Part shown: piece by piece, positions 1 through 10,504 of the stretch
Layout of the letters: each line of letters begins with the position of its first letter
Numbering within the stretch: the first letter of the stretch is position 1
Origin: Promethearchaeota archaeon
Lineage (GTDB): Archaea; Asgardarchaeota; Heimdallarchaeia; Hodarchaeales; Hodarchaeaceae
Direction of reading: 5' to 3'
Assembly: GCA_048938105.1 (NCBI GenBank)
Contig: JBHLMN010000011.1
Location: 128,001-192,000, forward strand
DNA: 64,000 bases
Notes under the pieces: generated by a model
What the model was told of the DNA's origin: nothing
Databases searched by the model: none
The model's input: only the letters and a program-made list of their open reading frames with translations
Program-made: the position numbers and the translations under genes

Positions 1-1
1 G

Positions 2-313
2 TTAAATGGTGATCCTGTTTTCAAATCTCTTAAAGACCTTCCAGAACCAGTTGATGTAGTTATTGTTGTTCATAAGAAAGAAATAACAATTGAAATTGTG
101 AAGGAAGCATCTACACTAGACCCGAAACCAGCGATCTGGTTTATGCCAAGAACTGATTCAAAGGAAAGCATTGCGATTTGTGAAGAAAATGATATGAAAT
201 ATGGAATGTCCTGTCTCATGGGCCACAGAGCCATTCCTGGATTCAAACGCTTTATCAATGGTCACTGGTGGCATTCTAAAGTTGGTGGAATGAATCGAAT
301 TCCTAAACAATAA
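2..313 (+). CDS. CoA-binding protein (YccU-like), 5'-truncated by window edge
   Basis: Frame from nt 2 reads LNGDPVFKSLKDLPEPVDVVIVVHKKEITIEIVKEA...AIWFMP...SCLM, matching the YccU pattern (SLxDLPxxVDxV...W...C). The ORF track starts it at an internal GTG (98). Confidence 0.8.
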   Translation, partial: LNGDPVFKSLKDLPEPVDVVIVVHKKEITIEIVKEASTLDPKPAIWFMPRTDSKESIAICEENDMKYGMSCLMGHRAIPGFKRFINGHWWHSKVGGMNRIPKQ

Positions 314-337
314 GCTCTTCTATAGGAGGAATTCCCT

Positions 338-772
338 TTGAGGATCCTTATTGTTTATTATTCCCAATCAGGAAATACAAAGAAAGTTGTAGACTTAGTT
401 AAAGAACGTTTAAAAGCTCTTAATCATGATGTAACAGTGAGAAATGCTCTAACTGCAAGGCCAGAACAAGTTTTAGAAAGTGACTTGGTTCTTATTGGCA
501 CTCCTGTCCACGGTTACATTTTATTTGGTCAGAGGCCTACAAAAGAAGTCTCAGAATTTCTAGAGCAATTACCTCAAGATCTCAAAGAAAAACCAGCTAT
601 AGGATTTGCTACATATCTATTTTTCCCTTCTAGAGCATTAAATCCTATTAAAAGAGCAATTGAGGCTCGAAATGGAAAAATAATAGGACTAATCGCGCAA
701 AGAAGGACAAAGAAGAGCATTTTAATGAAAGAAATTGTTGGTTGTATTCAACAACAAGAAGTTAAGGAATAA
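338..772 (+). CDS. Flavodoxin family protein
   Basis: ILIVYYSQSGNTKKV FMN phosphate-binding loop; DLVLIGTPVH. Confidence 0.85.
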   Translation: MRILIVYYSQSGNTKKVVDLVKERLKALNHDVTVRNALTARPEQVLESDLVLIGTPVHGYILFGQRPTKEVSEFLEQLPQDLKEKPAIGFATYLFFPSRALNPIKRAIEARNGKIIGLIAQRRTKKSILMKEIVGCIQQQEVKE

Positions 773-774
773 CA

Positions 775-1815
775 TTGAAATCTTGGGATCCAAAAGTACT
801 GAAGGAATTTGACAAGGAGTCAGACCTCTGTTTGATTACAGGGGCATGTGGTTTTGTTGGATCACATCTAGTTGATATACTAGTTTCTCAGAATATTCCA
901 GTCCGTGCTACTGATCTTCCAAACGCAACACGGGAATATTTACCTCCTTCTGAAAAAGCAGAGTTCATACCAGTGGATCTCACGCAACCTCAAGAAATTA
1001 AAGGGTTGTTAAAAGGAGTTACTAAAATATTTCACCCTGCAGGAATCTTTCGTTTTAGTGCTCCTACAAAATTGTTGTATAAAGTCAATGTTGAAGGTAC
1101 AACGAATCTTCTGTCGGCAGCTCTCTCTGAAAACATTTCTCATTTTGTGAATTGGAGTACAGCAATGGTCTATGGGACTTTAGAATATACACCTGCAGAT
1201 GAGAACCATCCAATTAAACCTGAAGATCCTTATTCTGAATCTAAATGGATTCAAGAACAAATAGCACAATCTTATTTCGAGGAAAATGGATTACCAGTGA
1301 GTATTTTAAGGCCAACAGCGATTTATGGACCTAGATCTTTATATGGAACATCAAATGCGATAATAGCTCTAGTCAATGGAGAAATATTTGGTATACCTGG
1401 GAATGGAAAGACAATCCAACATCATGTTCATGTAAATGATGTTGTTAGAGCTGCCCTTTTCTTGTCATGTAAGAAGAATACAGTGGGAGAGGTTTTCAAT
1501 GTAGCGGATGATGTCCCAATCTCAATTGAAGATTCATTTCGAATAATAACTGAACTAATAGAGAAGAAACCTCCCAAACTCCACTTCCCAAAATGGTTAG
1601 TTTACCTTTATGGCTATTTTGACCGATTTTGGAATAAACTACTAAGAAAAACTAGCTTATTTGAAAAAACTTCGTTAAGGTTACTCTTTTCAGACCATAT
1701 TTTTGATAATTCTAAGTTGAAGAACCTTGGATTCCAATATGAAATCCCGAGTTTTAAAGAAGGTATTGAAACAACACTTCTTTGGTATAAGCAGCATAAA
1801 TATATCCAATTTTAA
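775..1815 (+). CDS. NAD-dependent epimerase/dehydratase (extended SDR, 3-beta-HSD-like)
   Basis: TGACGFVG Rossmann motif, YSESK catalytic YxxxK, LRPTAIYGP, HVNDV. Confidence 0.9.
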   Translation: MKSWDPKVLKEFDKESDLCLITGACGFVGSHLVDILVSQNIPVRATDLPNATREYLPPSEKAEFIPVDLTQPQEIKGLLKGVTKIFHPAGIFRFSAPTKLLYKVNVEGTTNLLSAALSENISHFVNWSTAMVYGTLEYTPADENHPIKPEDPYSESKWIQEQIAQSYFEENGLPVSILRPTAIYGPRSLYGTSNAIIALVNGEIFGIPGNGKTIQHHVHVNDVVRAALFLSCKKNTVGEVFNVADDVPISIEDSFRIITELIEKKPPKLHFPKWLVYLYGYFDRFWNKLLRKTSLFEKTSLRLLFSDHIFDNSKLKNLGFQYEIPSFKEGIETTLLWYKQHKYIQF

Positions 1816-2132
1816 TTTTCTTTTATCATTGTTTCTCTCAATCCTAATAATTCTCCTATAACTATAAAGAGAGGTTCAAGTCCGAATAGAACTGATGCTA
1901 ATAGAGGTTCAAAATCATCTATTGATAATCCAAGAAAGTTAAAAGGAATTATCATGTATTCTTTGCTTCCAGGGATAACATTAAACCAAAGCATCATGCC
2001 ACCAACTTGAAATACGAACAGAATAATAAGTCCGAGAGACCAATTTATTTTCTGGGTGATTTGATGCCTCCTTGTTAAATTTCCTAGTACTATTCCGCAA
2101 ATGAAAAGAAAAGGAAGATCAAAAGCAAACAT
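1812..2132 (-). CDS. Small hypothetical membrane protein
   Basis: 106 aa, about 3 hydrophobic helices, ATG start, fills the gap between convergent genes. Confidence 0.6.
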   Translation of the reverse strand: MFAFDLPFLFICGIVLGNLTRRHQITQKINWSLGLIILFVFQVGGMMLWFNVIPGSKEYMIIPFNFLGLSIDDFEPLLASVLFGLEPLFIVIGELLGLRETMIKEN

Positions 2133-2259
2133 AATTGACTCATCTGACCAATGTCTAGAGAGATTATACTATGAACATATTAACCTTACTAAAAAGTGTT
2201 TTTATAATCAAGAACTAAGGCCTTTTTACTGAAAAATAGCTAATGATAGGGAATATCAT

Positions 2260-2901
2260 ATGGAAGCTTGGAATAATGCCTGGAAAACAGAGAAAGGAAG
2301 GGCACATTGGATAGAACCTGATCCATTCATTGTTACCCTGCTACCTAGATTTAAAAAGGAAGGGATTAGAAGGATTCTTGATCTTGGTTTTGGCATAGGC
2401 CGTCACGCTATATATTTTGCGAAGAAAGAATTTGATGTGTATGGAATAGATCCAAGTAGTTCTGGTCTTAAATTCGCAATGAAGTGGGCTGAACAGGAGA
2501 AAATAACTCTAAAATTAATAATAGGTGATATGAACCATATACCATTTATTAATGATTTTTTTGATCTAATTATTGCATGGAATGTTATATATCATGGTAC
2601 TGCTAAAATTATTCATGAAACCCTTAATGAGATAATAAGATGCCTAAAAATCGATGGCTATCTACTTTGTACATTAATATCAACTAAACACAATAAATAT
2701 AGGCTTGGAGAAGAAATTGAGAGAAATACATTTGTGATAGGAGAAGAAGCAGAGAAATCTCATCCTCATCACTATTTTAACAAACAAGAGATAAAGCGAT
2801 ATTTAAGGGGGTTTACTCATATAATATGTGATGACAAAGAGCAGTTTTATCCTGAATTATATCATTGGTACATTTTAACAAGGCTTGGGTCGAAATTTTA
2901 A
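2260..2901 (+). CDS. Class I SAM-dependent methyltransferase
   Basis: ILDLGFGIGRH motif I, VYGID, GDM..IPF..DFFDLII. Confidence 0.9.
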   Translation: MEAWNNAWKTEKGRAHWIEPDPFIVTLLPRFKKEGIRRILDLGFGIGRHAIYFAKKEFDVYGIDPSSSGLKFAMKWAEQEKITLKLIIGDMNHIPFINDFFDLIIAWNVIYHGTAKIIHETLNEIIRCLKIDGYLLCTLISTKHNKYRLGEEIERNTFVIGEEAEKSHPHHYFNKQEIKRYLRGFTHIICDDKEQFYPELYHWYILTRLGSKF

Positions 2902-3044
2902 GGGTAAATACTACCAGGAATTTACAAATAATATAGCTGCAACGATCCAATTGTTAATTGATCATGCAACATTAAGGACAGAAAATATTGCCAAAGCAAA
3001 AACAGAAATAAGTTGCTACTATTAGATGTTCAATAGGGATCAAA

Positions 3045-3947
3045 ATGTTAACAGGAATCCATTTTCTCCTTACAATGAGTTGTAATTTTGAATGTGATCA
3101 TTGTTTTTTATATTGTAGCCCAAATTTCGAGGGTACTTTTACCCTGAACCAATTGAGAACTGTCCACGATGAATTGAAAAAAATTGGGACAATAGAAATG
3201 GTTTATTATGAAGGTGGTGAACCATTCCTTTTTTACCCCCTCATGTTAGAAGGAATCAAAATGTCTCGTGAGATGGGATTCAAAACTGGGGTAGTAACTA
3301 ATTCTTATTGGGCAACATCTGAGGAAGATGCTGCACTATGGTTGAAACCTCTCTTAGACCTAGGAATCTCGGATGTTAGTGTAAGTAATGATGTCTTTCA
3401 TCACGGAGAAGTTAAAATAAATCCTGCTACAAGAGCCTTAGCGGCTATGAAGCAATTAGACATAGCAGGGGGCGATATATGCATCCAAGAACCTACATTA
3501 GATATTGCTAAGACTCAAGAGAAAGGAGAACCAGTAATTGGTGGGGGAGCGATGTTTAGAGGAAGAGCAGTTGATAAATTAATTACTGATGAATTACCTA
3601 GAAAAAACTGGGAAGAATTTACAGAATGTCCTCATGAGGAATTAGAAACTCCAGCTAGAGTTCATCCCGATCCTTTTGGTAATGTCCATATCTGTCAAGG
3701 ACTTAGTATGGGGAATATGTGGAAAACTCCCCTCTCAGAGCTAGTGAAGAATTATGATGCCAGCTCACATCCTATATGTGGACCATTAGTCAAAGGAGGG
3801 CCAGCGGAGCTAGCAAGAGAATACCAAGTTGAACATGAAGATACTTATGTAGACGCGTGTCACTTCTGTTACTTGCTTCGTAAGTCACTACTTGACAAAT
3901 TCCCTGAATATTTGACTCCTAAGCAAGTGTATGGATTAAACCAGTGA
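3045..3947 (+). CDS. Radical SAM protein
   Basis: CNFECDHC (CxxxCxxC), EGGEPF, VTNSYWA, C-terminal Cys (ECPH...HICQG...ACHFC). Confidence 0.9.
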   Translation: MLTGIHFLLTMSCNFECDHCFLYCSPNFEGTFTLNQLRTVHDELKKIGTIEMVYYEGGEPFLFYPLMLEGIKMSREMGFKTGVVTNSYWATSEEDAALWLKPLLDLGISDVSVSNDVFHHGEVKINPATRALAAMKQLDIAGGDICIQEPTLDIAKTQEKGEPVIGGGAMFRGRAVDKLITDELPRKNWEEFTECPHEELETPARVHPDPFGNVHICQGLSMGNMWKTPLSELVKNYDASSHPICGPLVKGGPAELAREYQVEHEDTYVDACHFCYLLRKSLLDKFPEYLTPKQVYGLNQ

Positions 3948-4063
3948 TTCTGTAAAAACATTCCAAAAAAAACTCAAAATCCCCTATATTATCTTAATAT
4001 ATTAGTAAAGTTCAAAAGAGTTCACATCATTCTTCGGGTGAACTGAAAAAATGAATACACATA

Positions 4064-5140
4064 TTGCTATTTGAAGGAATATTATTGCTTAAAGATTTCG
4101 AGGGGTACTTTTTAAATAAAGAAATGAAAACCTACTTCGAGAACTTTAAGTTATATACCTTACAAATGGAAATTAATCAAAAATGTCAACAGAATTGCAT
4201 CTATTGCTATGCTCGTGAGTCACGTGGAGAGGAAATGAACCCAGATTTCATTAAAAGTATTCTCGATGATGCTGCAGACATGGAAGTAAGAAAAATTGAG
4301 TGGTTGGGAGGTGATTGTCTCCTTCATTCCTCATGGGAGGAATTAATGGCATATAGTAAATATGAATATGGACTTATTAACAATATCTGGACCAGTGGAA
4401 ATCAACTCAAAAAATTGTCCGTAGCAGAAAAAACAGTCGAATTATCAAGTGATGGAGGCTTTATTTCCGTCCATCTAGATTCAATCAACCCAGAAATATA
4501 TAGTAAACTCACCAATGGGAACATTCAATATCTAGAGGATACAATGAAAGGAATTGAAAATCTTATAAACTTAGGAAAACCTCCTTCAGAGATATTAAAT
4601 TGCTTAGCATTAACAGGACTCCAAGTAGGAGAAGATTTTAAAAACACAGTACATTACTTCCACGAAAAATTCGGAATACCAGTTACGTTCATAAGCTATA
4701 AACCCACTAGCAAAGATTCCCGTTTATTAATCACGCCTCAACAAATAAGGGAAGCAGAGAGAGAAAAAACTGATATTTGTTTTGGTTCTGATGTACCAAT
4801 CATTCCTCAATGTGTCTCTAAATTTTATTGTGGAACAACAGCATCAATAATACCAGAGGTGGATGACCCAACTACAGGAAATCTAACAGTCTGTTCACGA
4901 ATTCGACAGTCGTTTGGAAAACTCAAATTTGGCCAGTCTTTCAAAGACCAGTTTAATAAAATCAAAGACATACTATTGACGAGAAAACTCAAGGACGTCA
5001 TCAACCTTCCGAAGGATTGTCAACAATGTAAATACAATAATATTTGTTGGGGGTGTCGTAGTAATGCCTGGTATTACGCAGGGGATGTATTTGTTGGAGA
5101 TCCTAGATGCTGGAGACGACTTAAGGATGTTCAGATCTAA
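4064..5140 (+). CDS. Radical SAM/SPASM domain protein
   Basis: CQQNCIYC; C-terminal SPASM-type C...C...CQQCKYNNICWGCRSNA...DPRC. The start may be ATG 4124. Confidence 0.9.
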   Translation: MLFEGILLLKDFEGYFLNKEMKTYFENFKLYTLQMEINQKCQQNCIYCYARESRGEEMNPDFIKSILDDAADMEVRKIEWLGGDCLLHSSWEELMAYSKYEYGLINNIWTSGNQLKKLSVAEKTVELSSDGGFISVHLDSINPEIYSKLTNGNIQYLEDTMKGIENLINLGKPPSEILNCLALTGLQVGEDFKNTVHYFHEKFGIPVTFISYKPTSKDSRLLITPQQIREAEREKTDICFGSDVPIIPQCVSKFYCGTTASIIPEVDDPTTGNLTVCSRIRQSFGKLKFGQSFKDQFNKIKDILLTRKLKDVINLPKDCQQCKYNNICWGCRSNAWYYAGDVFVGDPRCWRRLKDVQI

Positions 5141-6020
5141 TTTTTCTTCAAAAATTCATGAAGAACCTGAAATAAAACCTAACTTTGAAAATTCAGCAGT
5201 ATATAGAATTCATAAAAAAATCAGGAGGAATAGACGAGAATATAAGATCTTTGGAAGAAAAGAACAAGAATTAATGAGTGCAAATGGAGGGTGGAGGACT
5301 TTTGTAAAAGGGTTGATTTTTCTTGGGAATTCCTTACGAATTTTCCTGATAGTTTTGGCAATCATTATCATTGAAACCATTAATCCATATGGAAATTTGA
5401 TTCCCATCAACATTAAAATATATGAATTAAATCCCTTTTTGAATGAAAAATTTATTTTTATTGTGATCCCTACTATTATAATACCTGCTGTGTTGATTCT
5501 TACTGGCGTAATACTATTATTAGATGTATCTATTTTTACAATTCAAGACCATAATAGATTATCAATTGGTGAAATCAGAGGAAATATTCCTTTGTTTGGT
5601 CGAACAAATTGGAAAGTTTTTGGTTTTTCGAAAAAAAATCAGGCTTTTGTGAGACTCCCTGGCTTTAAAATCCTTGAGAAATCAACTTTATTTCATATAG
5701 GCAAAATAGAAACTCCAATTGGATTGTACAAAGCTACTGTGCCATTGAAAATATTACCAACAGATGAATTCAAGGGATATTATGTACCAACTAAGTGTGA
5801 TATCACTGATTCAAATAATAATCTTTGTTTTACAGTTACCTGGGTTAAATATAAACCATTTTTAAGGCAAGTTATAGAATATAGAATTGATTCTCCTATC
5901 CCTATGAGCCCGTTTCTTACTTTTACCATATCAGTATGCCTTATTGAGAAATTCTTAAGTAACTATGAGAATTATGATTTTTCTCAAAGTAATACTTATG
6001 GACTAGATTCATTTCAATAA
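5127..6020 (+). CDS. Hypothetical membrane protein, possible LURP-one/scramblase (tubby-C-like) fold
   Basis: Likely ATG at 5127 overlapping the upstream stop; two TM segments followed by beta-rich FTIQDHNRLSIGEIRG...NWKVFG and a terminal hydrophobic helix. Confidence 0.5.
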   Translation: MFRSNFSSKIHEEPEIKPNFENSAVYRIHKKIRRNRREYKIFGRKEQELMSANGGWRTFVKGLIFLGNSLRIFLIVLAIIIIETINPYGNLIPINIKIYELNPFLNEKFIFIVIPTIIIPAVLILTGVILLLDVSIFTIQDHNRLSIGEIRGNIPLFGRTNWKVFGFSKKNQAFVRLPGFKILEKSTLFHIGKIETPIGLYKATVPLKILPTDEFKGYYVPTKCDITDSNNNLCFTVTWVKYKPFLRQVIEYRIDSPIPMSPFLTFTISVCLIEKFLSNYENYDFSQSNTYGLDSFQ

Positions 6021-6151
6021 AGTCTAACATTATATAGAGTTTCGAGGAGATTCAGGGAAATTTAGTCAGCTGCGAAAAAATTGAAGAATCCTAAAAACAT
6101 TGAAAAAAATTTGATAATCAAGTCATAAATAATACTTGCAGAACAGCAAGA

Positions 6152-9100
6152 TTGGAGCTATTAATCTTGTCCCATCAGCTCTTAAGGGAATCAAGAACCA
6201 GTCATACTACTCCAATTCCGCGTTATATAGGCATTAATATTGGCTCATTAACGATAAAAAGGGTTATTATTGAGCCATATAATATTTCAGTAGATATAAC
6301 ATCTCACAATGGTCTTCCACTTGAAATCTTAAATGACTATTCTAAAGAGATTGGATTTTTTGGCATATCTGGTAAGATCGGTCATATTTCAGAACCAGCA
6401 GCTATTGAAAGAGCACTAAAAGAATTACAAATATCGTGTGACGCTATAATTTCTCTAGGGGCGGAAGTATTCGTGTTATATCTGGTAAATAAAAAAAATG
6501 AGATTTTCAACGTTATCTCACACAATAAATGCGCGGCGGGAAGTGGAGAGTTTTTGTCTCAACAACTTACAAGAATGAAACTATCACTTGAAGATGGGAT
6601 TCCATTAGGATATAAAGGAAAAACTATTCCATTAGCTTCACGCTGTTCTGTACACTGTAAGACAGATATTACTCACAAACTAAATCGTAACGAGGCTACA
6701 AAAGCCGATATTATCTATTCTGTCATTAATAGTATGGTGTGTAAAGTCATTGCTTTAATAGAAAAAAGCCAGTACCAAGTATCTCGAATCCTATTAATAG
6801 GGGGTGGAGTAAAAAATAAGCTATTGATAAAACTTATTCAACAGCAGCTCTTAAGAAAAACATTGATTACTGTACCCGAGAGCATATATTTTGAAGCTTA
6901 TGGAACTGCACTGCTAGTTCAAGACGATCCTAAATTTAAGTCTCCTCATGTGTCAGTAACGCGAACATTTGAAAATTTACCTCCTCTATCTCAATTTCAA
7001 GATTTAATAACTATTAAACAGGCATCAAAAAATCCAAATGCTCCTGGCCCATATATCCTCGGCATTGATGGTGGCTCAACAACAACTAAAGCAGTTATTC
7101 TATCTAAAACTACCAATGAAATCGTTGCTTCTCATTATATGAGAACTGATGGTGATCCTATTCAAGCTACCAGGGATTGTCTAGCAACGATAATCCAAAA
7201 TCATTCTGACTTTCCCATTATAGCTATTGGTACAACAGGCTCCGCTCGCAAGATCATTGGCGCTTTTACTAGAAGTACTTGTGTTATCAATGAAATTTCA
7301 GCGCATGCGCGAGGTGCAGTAGAATTTAATCCCACAGTGGACACGATTTTTGAAATCGGCGGCCAAGATTCAAAGTATATATTTCTTAATCAATCTGTAC
7401 CAATATCTTATGCTATGAATGAAGCATGTTCAGCTGGTACTGGAAGCTTTATTGAAGAAGCAGCTAAAGGGGATCTTAATCTAGATGTTCATAAGATAGC
7501 CAATGTTGCATTTTCTGCACAAGCTCCGGTAAAGTTTAAAGATAATTGTGCGGCGTTTATAAATACTGATATTAGAACAGCTTTACAAGAGGGATATAGC
7601 CAGGCAGATATTGTTGCTGGAGTTATTTACTCCATTGTTAACAATTACTTAATTAAAGTAAAGGGAAAACGTCGTGTTGGCAAGATTATTTTCTTCCAAG
7701 GGGGGGTTGCATTAAACTTAGCCATTTCAAATGCATTTGCTTATGCAACACAACGCCCGATTATTGTACCACCATTCCCAGAACTAATGGGAGCGTATGG
7801 TATCGCATTATTAACAAAAGAGCGACTAGAAAAAGGAAATATTACTAAAGTAAATGTCAACCTCTCTACTTTTATACAAAGATCTTTTCACAAAGTAGGA
7901 AATTTTACTTGTCAATCGTGTACAAACCAATGTATTATTGATAGATTAGAAGTTGATGGAAAAAAATATCCTTTTGGTGGGCGATGTAGCCGATGGGAGC
8001 GAGAATGGCAACAAAAAAGAGCTAGTAGAGAGATTACAGACTATACTCAGCAAAGAAATGACTTCTTATTGAAACAAGAAACAACCACTCTTCCGTCAAA
8101 TGTTCGAGGAACAGTAGGAATTCCAAGAGCGTTAATGAACCATTCACTTTTTCCATTGTTTAACACTTTCTTTAGAGAATTAGGATTTGAAGTAGTACTT
8201 TCTGACACATCACTAAAGGGATCAGAAATAACTGATTCTGCTTTTTGTTACCCCATTGAGATAGCTCACGGAGCCGTCTTTGATCTCATCAATAATAAAA
8301 ATATAGATTTGATTTTTATTCCACATATACAAAAAATGCCTACTTACAAAAAAAACCATGATCATACGCATCTTTGTTATTTTAACCAAGGATTTCCCTA
8401 TATTGCTCAACAAAAATTTGAAGACTCAGCTGTTGAGTTTCTTACTCCAACCTTAAATTTTAGTGGAGGATATACCTCTACTACAGGTTTAATTTCCCTA
8501 TATAATGAGTTAAATGTCACTAAATCAGAAGCTCAAAGTGCATATACTAAAGCTGTTATTCGACAACAAAAAATTGAAAGTGAATTACAAAAAATGGGTA
8601 TGCAAGCTCTACAGAAGGTTATTAACGATTCAAATGACTTGGGAGTCATCCTTGTAGGACGTAGTTACAATGCATTCCCTCCTGAAACATCAATGAATAT
8701 TTCAAAAAAACTGACCAGCCAAGGAATTACAGTTATCCCATTCGATTGTTTAGAACGATATGATAATGAGGAAAATTTCTGGTATTTCAGTAATTTAATC
8801 ATGAATGCTGCTACACTCTCAATCAGATTTCCAAATATTTTTTTACTTTACATTTCGAATTTCAGTTGTGGAATAGATGCTTTCACTCAATTCTTTTTAC
8901 ATAAGGAATTAGGTGAAAAACCATATCTACTACTAGAAATTGATTCTCACACAGCAGACGCAGGTATATTCACACGAGTTGAAGCTTTTATTGAAATTAT
9001 CCGTAATTATTCAAAACAACACGTATCAGTAAAGAAAACACAATTTAATCCCAGCAAAGTTGTTTTCAGAAGCAGCAAAGCATATGTATCAACAAATAAT

Positions 9101-10339
9101 GGCGAATTACTTCCTATAACTGACCCTCGTGTTAAAATTTATTTTCCAGCCATAAGCAAATATCATACCCAAGCAATTGCTATGGTACTCCGTTGGAAAG
9201 GAATCCATGGATATGAAGCTGAGACACCAAATGATGAAATCTTAAGCTTAGGGAAAAAAAATGTGACTGGGAAAGAATGTGTTCCTTTACCAATCACCAT
9301 TGGCCAAATGCTATCAGCACATAAACAAAGAAAGTCTAATGAAGTGGTAGGATTCTACATGCTTGAGGCAGGGGCACCATGCGTGATTATTGCCTATAAA
9401 CGATTTTTCAACCAAGTTATCACTGAAAATAACCTTAAAAATCTCTTTATATTTGACCCACAAGCATCAGATAATTATTATGGCTTTGGGAATTCATTAT
9501 TAATGTCTATACCATTAGGATTAGTGCTAGCTGATTTGGTTAACGAGATAAAATCAGCATTATTGGTTGTAAGCCCAGAAAGTTTACCACTTTTTGAAGA
9601 GCATTGGGACGAGTTGATAACAAACTCAACAACCAAAAGAGAGTTCAACAAACAACTCAAAAGATTTATTCAACGATTATCAGAATATCCTTGTTCTAAA
9701 AGACCTAGTCAATGTCCAAGAGTTTTAATGACTGGAGATTTCTTTTTTCGGTTTGATGAGTTCTTAAAACAATCGATCGATGAGATTTATGCACGAAATG
9801 GTATTGTCATAAAAAATGTTGATGTAACTGAACTTGCACTGTTTGCACTTCATGATAATTTGCGAAGAATGGCACAAGACTGGAATAAAAATCCTGAAGG
9901 ACTAAAAACTGTGATATTCGCACTTGTGAATTATAAAGATAAAGGTAAAAAATACCTCTCCTTCTTGACTGGTTTTAAAATCCTCCAACGAACTGAAAAC
10001 AAACTCCGCAAAGAATTTGAAAAGACTGGTTTATTGTTTGCAGAGAAAAATCATGTTTACAATATTTTAAACTTTGGAAAGGATTATATTACTCCAAATA
10101 TTGTTGGTGAAGCCATTATTACCATTGGTAAGTCCATTGAAGCAAGTATCCAAAAATATGCTGGTGTAATTGTCATTGGCCCATTTAATTGTATGGCATT
10201 TCGTGTTTCTGAAGGGATTTTAAAACCTATGACAAAAAAATTAGGAATCCCGTTTTTGTTCTATGAAGCTGACTGTTCTCCAATTCCAAGCACATTATTA
10301 CGTCAGATTCAAGTACATATTCACCAAGCCACGCGTTAA
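6152..10339 (+). CDS. Fused acyl-CoA dehydratase activase (2x BadF/BadG/BcrA/BcrD ATPase + DUF2229/dehydratase-like)
   Basis: GINIGSLTIK...KCAAGSGEF...SRCSVHCKTD; GIDGGSTTTK...EIGGQDSK...NEACSAGTGSF; CxxCxxxC linker; GIPRAL, CYPIEIAHG, NFSCGIDAF, EIDSHTADAG, GPFNCM. Confidence 0.9.
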   Translation: MELLILSHQLLRESRTSHTTPIPRYIGINIGSLTIKRVIIEPYNISVDITSHNGLPLEILNDYSKEIGFFGISGKIGHISEPAAIERALKELQISCDAIISLGAEVFVLYLVNKKNEIFNVISHNKCAAGSGEFLSQQLTRMKLSLEDGIPLGYKGKTIPLASRCSVHCKTDITHKLNRNEATKADIIYSVINSMVCKVIALIEKSQYQVSRILLIGGGVKNKLLIKLIQQQLLRKTLITVPESIYFEAYGTALLVQDDPKFKSPHVSVTRTFENLPPLSQFQDLITIKQASKNPNAPGPYILGIDGGSTTTKAVILSKTTNEIVASHYMRTDGDPIQATRDCLATIIQNHSDFPIIAIGTTGSARKIIGAFTRSTCVINEISAHARGAVEFNPTVDTIFEIGGQDSKYIFLNQSVPISYAMNEACSAGTGSFIEEAAKGDLNLDVHKIANVAFSAQAPVKFKDNCAAFINTDIRTALQEGYSQADIVAGVIYSIVNNYLIKVKGKRRVGKIIFFQGGVALNLAISNAFAYATQRPIIVPPFPELMGAYGIALLTKERLEKGNITKVNVNLSTFIQRSFHKVGNFTCQSCTNQCIIDRLEVDGKKYPFGGRCSRWEREWQQKRASREITDYTQQRNDFLLKQETTTLPSNVRGTVGIPRALMNHSLFPLFNTFFRELGFEVVLSDTSLKGSEITDSAFCYPIEIAHGAVFDLINNKNIDLIFIPHIQKMPTYKKNHDHTHLCYFNQGFPYIAQQKFEDSAVEFLTPTLNFSGGYTSTTGLISLYNELNVTKSEAQSAYTKAVIRQQKIESELQKMGMQALQKVINDSNDLGVILVGRSYNAFPPETSMNISKKLTSQGITVIPFDCLERYDNEENFWYFSNLIMNAATLSIRFPNIFLLYISNFSCGIDAFTQFFLHKELGEKPYLLLEIDSHTADAGIFTRVEAFIEIIRNYSKQHVSVKKTQFNPSKVVFRSSKAYVSTNNGELLPITDPRVKIYFPAISKYHTQAIAMVLRWKGIHGYEAETPNDEILSLGKKNVTGKECVPLPITIGQMLSAHKQRKSNEVVGFYMLEAGAPCVIIAYKRFFNQVITENNLKNLFIFDPQASDNYYGFGNSLLMSIPLGLVLADLVNEIKSALLVVSPESLPLFEEHWDELITNSTTKREFNKQLKRFIQRLSEYPCSKRPSQCPRVLMTGDFFFRFDEFLKQSIDEIYARNGIVIKNVDVTELALFALHDNLRRMAQDWNKNPEGLKTVIFALVNYKDKGKKYLSFLTGFKILQRTENKLRKEFEKTGLLFAEKNHVYNILNFGKDYITPNIVGEAIITIGKSIEASIQKYAGVIVIGPFNCMAFRVSEGILKPMTKKLGIPFLFYEADCSPIPSTLLRQIQVHIHQATR

Positions 10340-10504
10340 AGGTTATAAATCAAAAAAGGATAAATTCCAAAGAAATCAATAATTTAGTCATCATTATCAA
10401 ATATTCATTCAATATAGTTCAATAACATATTATTTATCGTAATAAATTCAAAATAGAGCCAAATAAATTTGTACGACTTAAATGAATAAGGAGATAGAAA
10501 GATT

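Noticed and set aside
4019-4044. AGTTCAC-N12-GTGAACT hairpin containing CTTCGG
   Set aside because: A single 7-bp stem with no second copy seen; compatible with chance.
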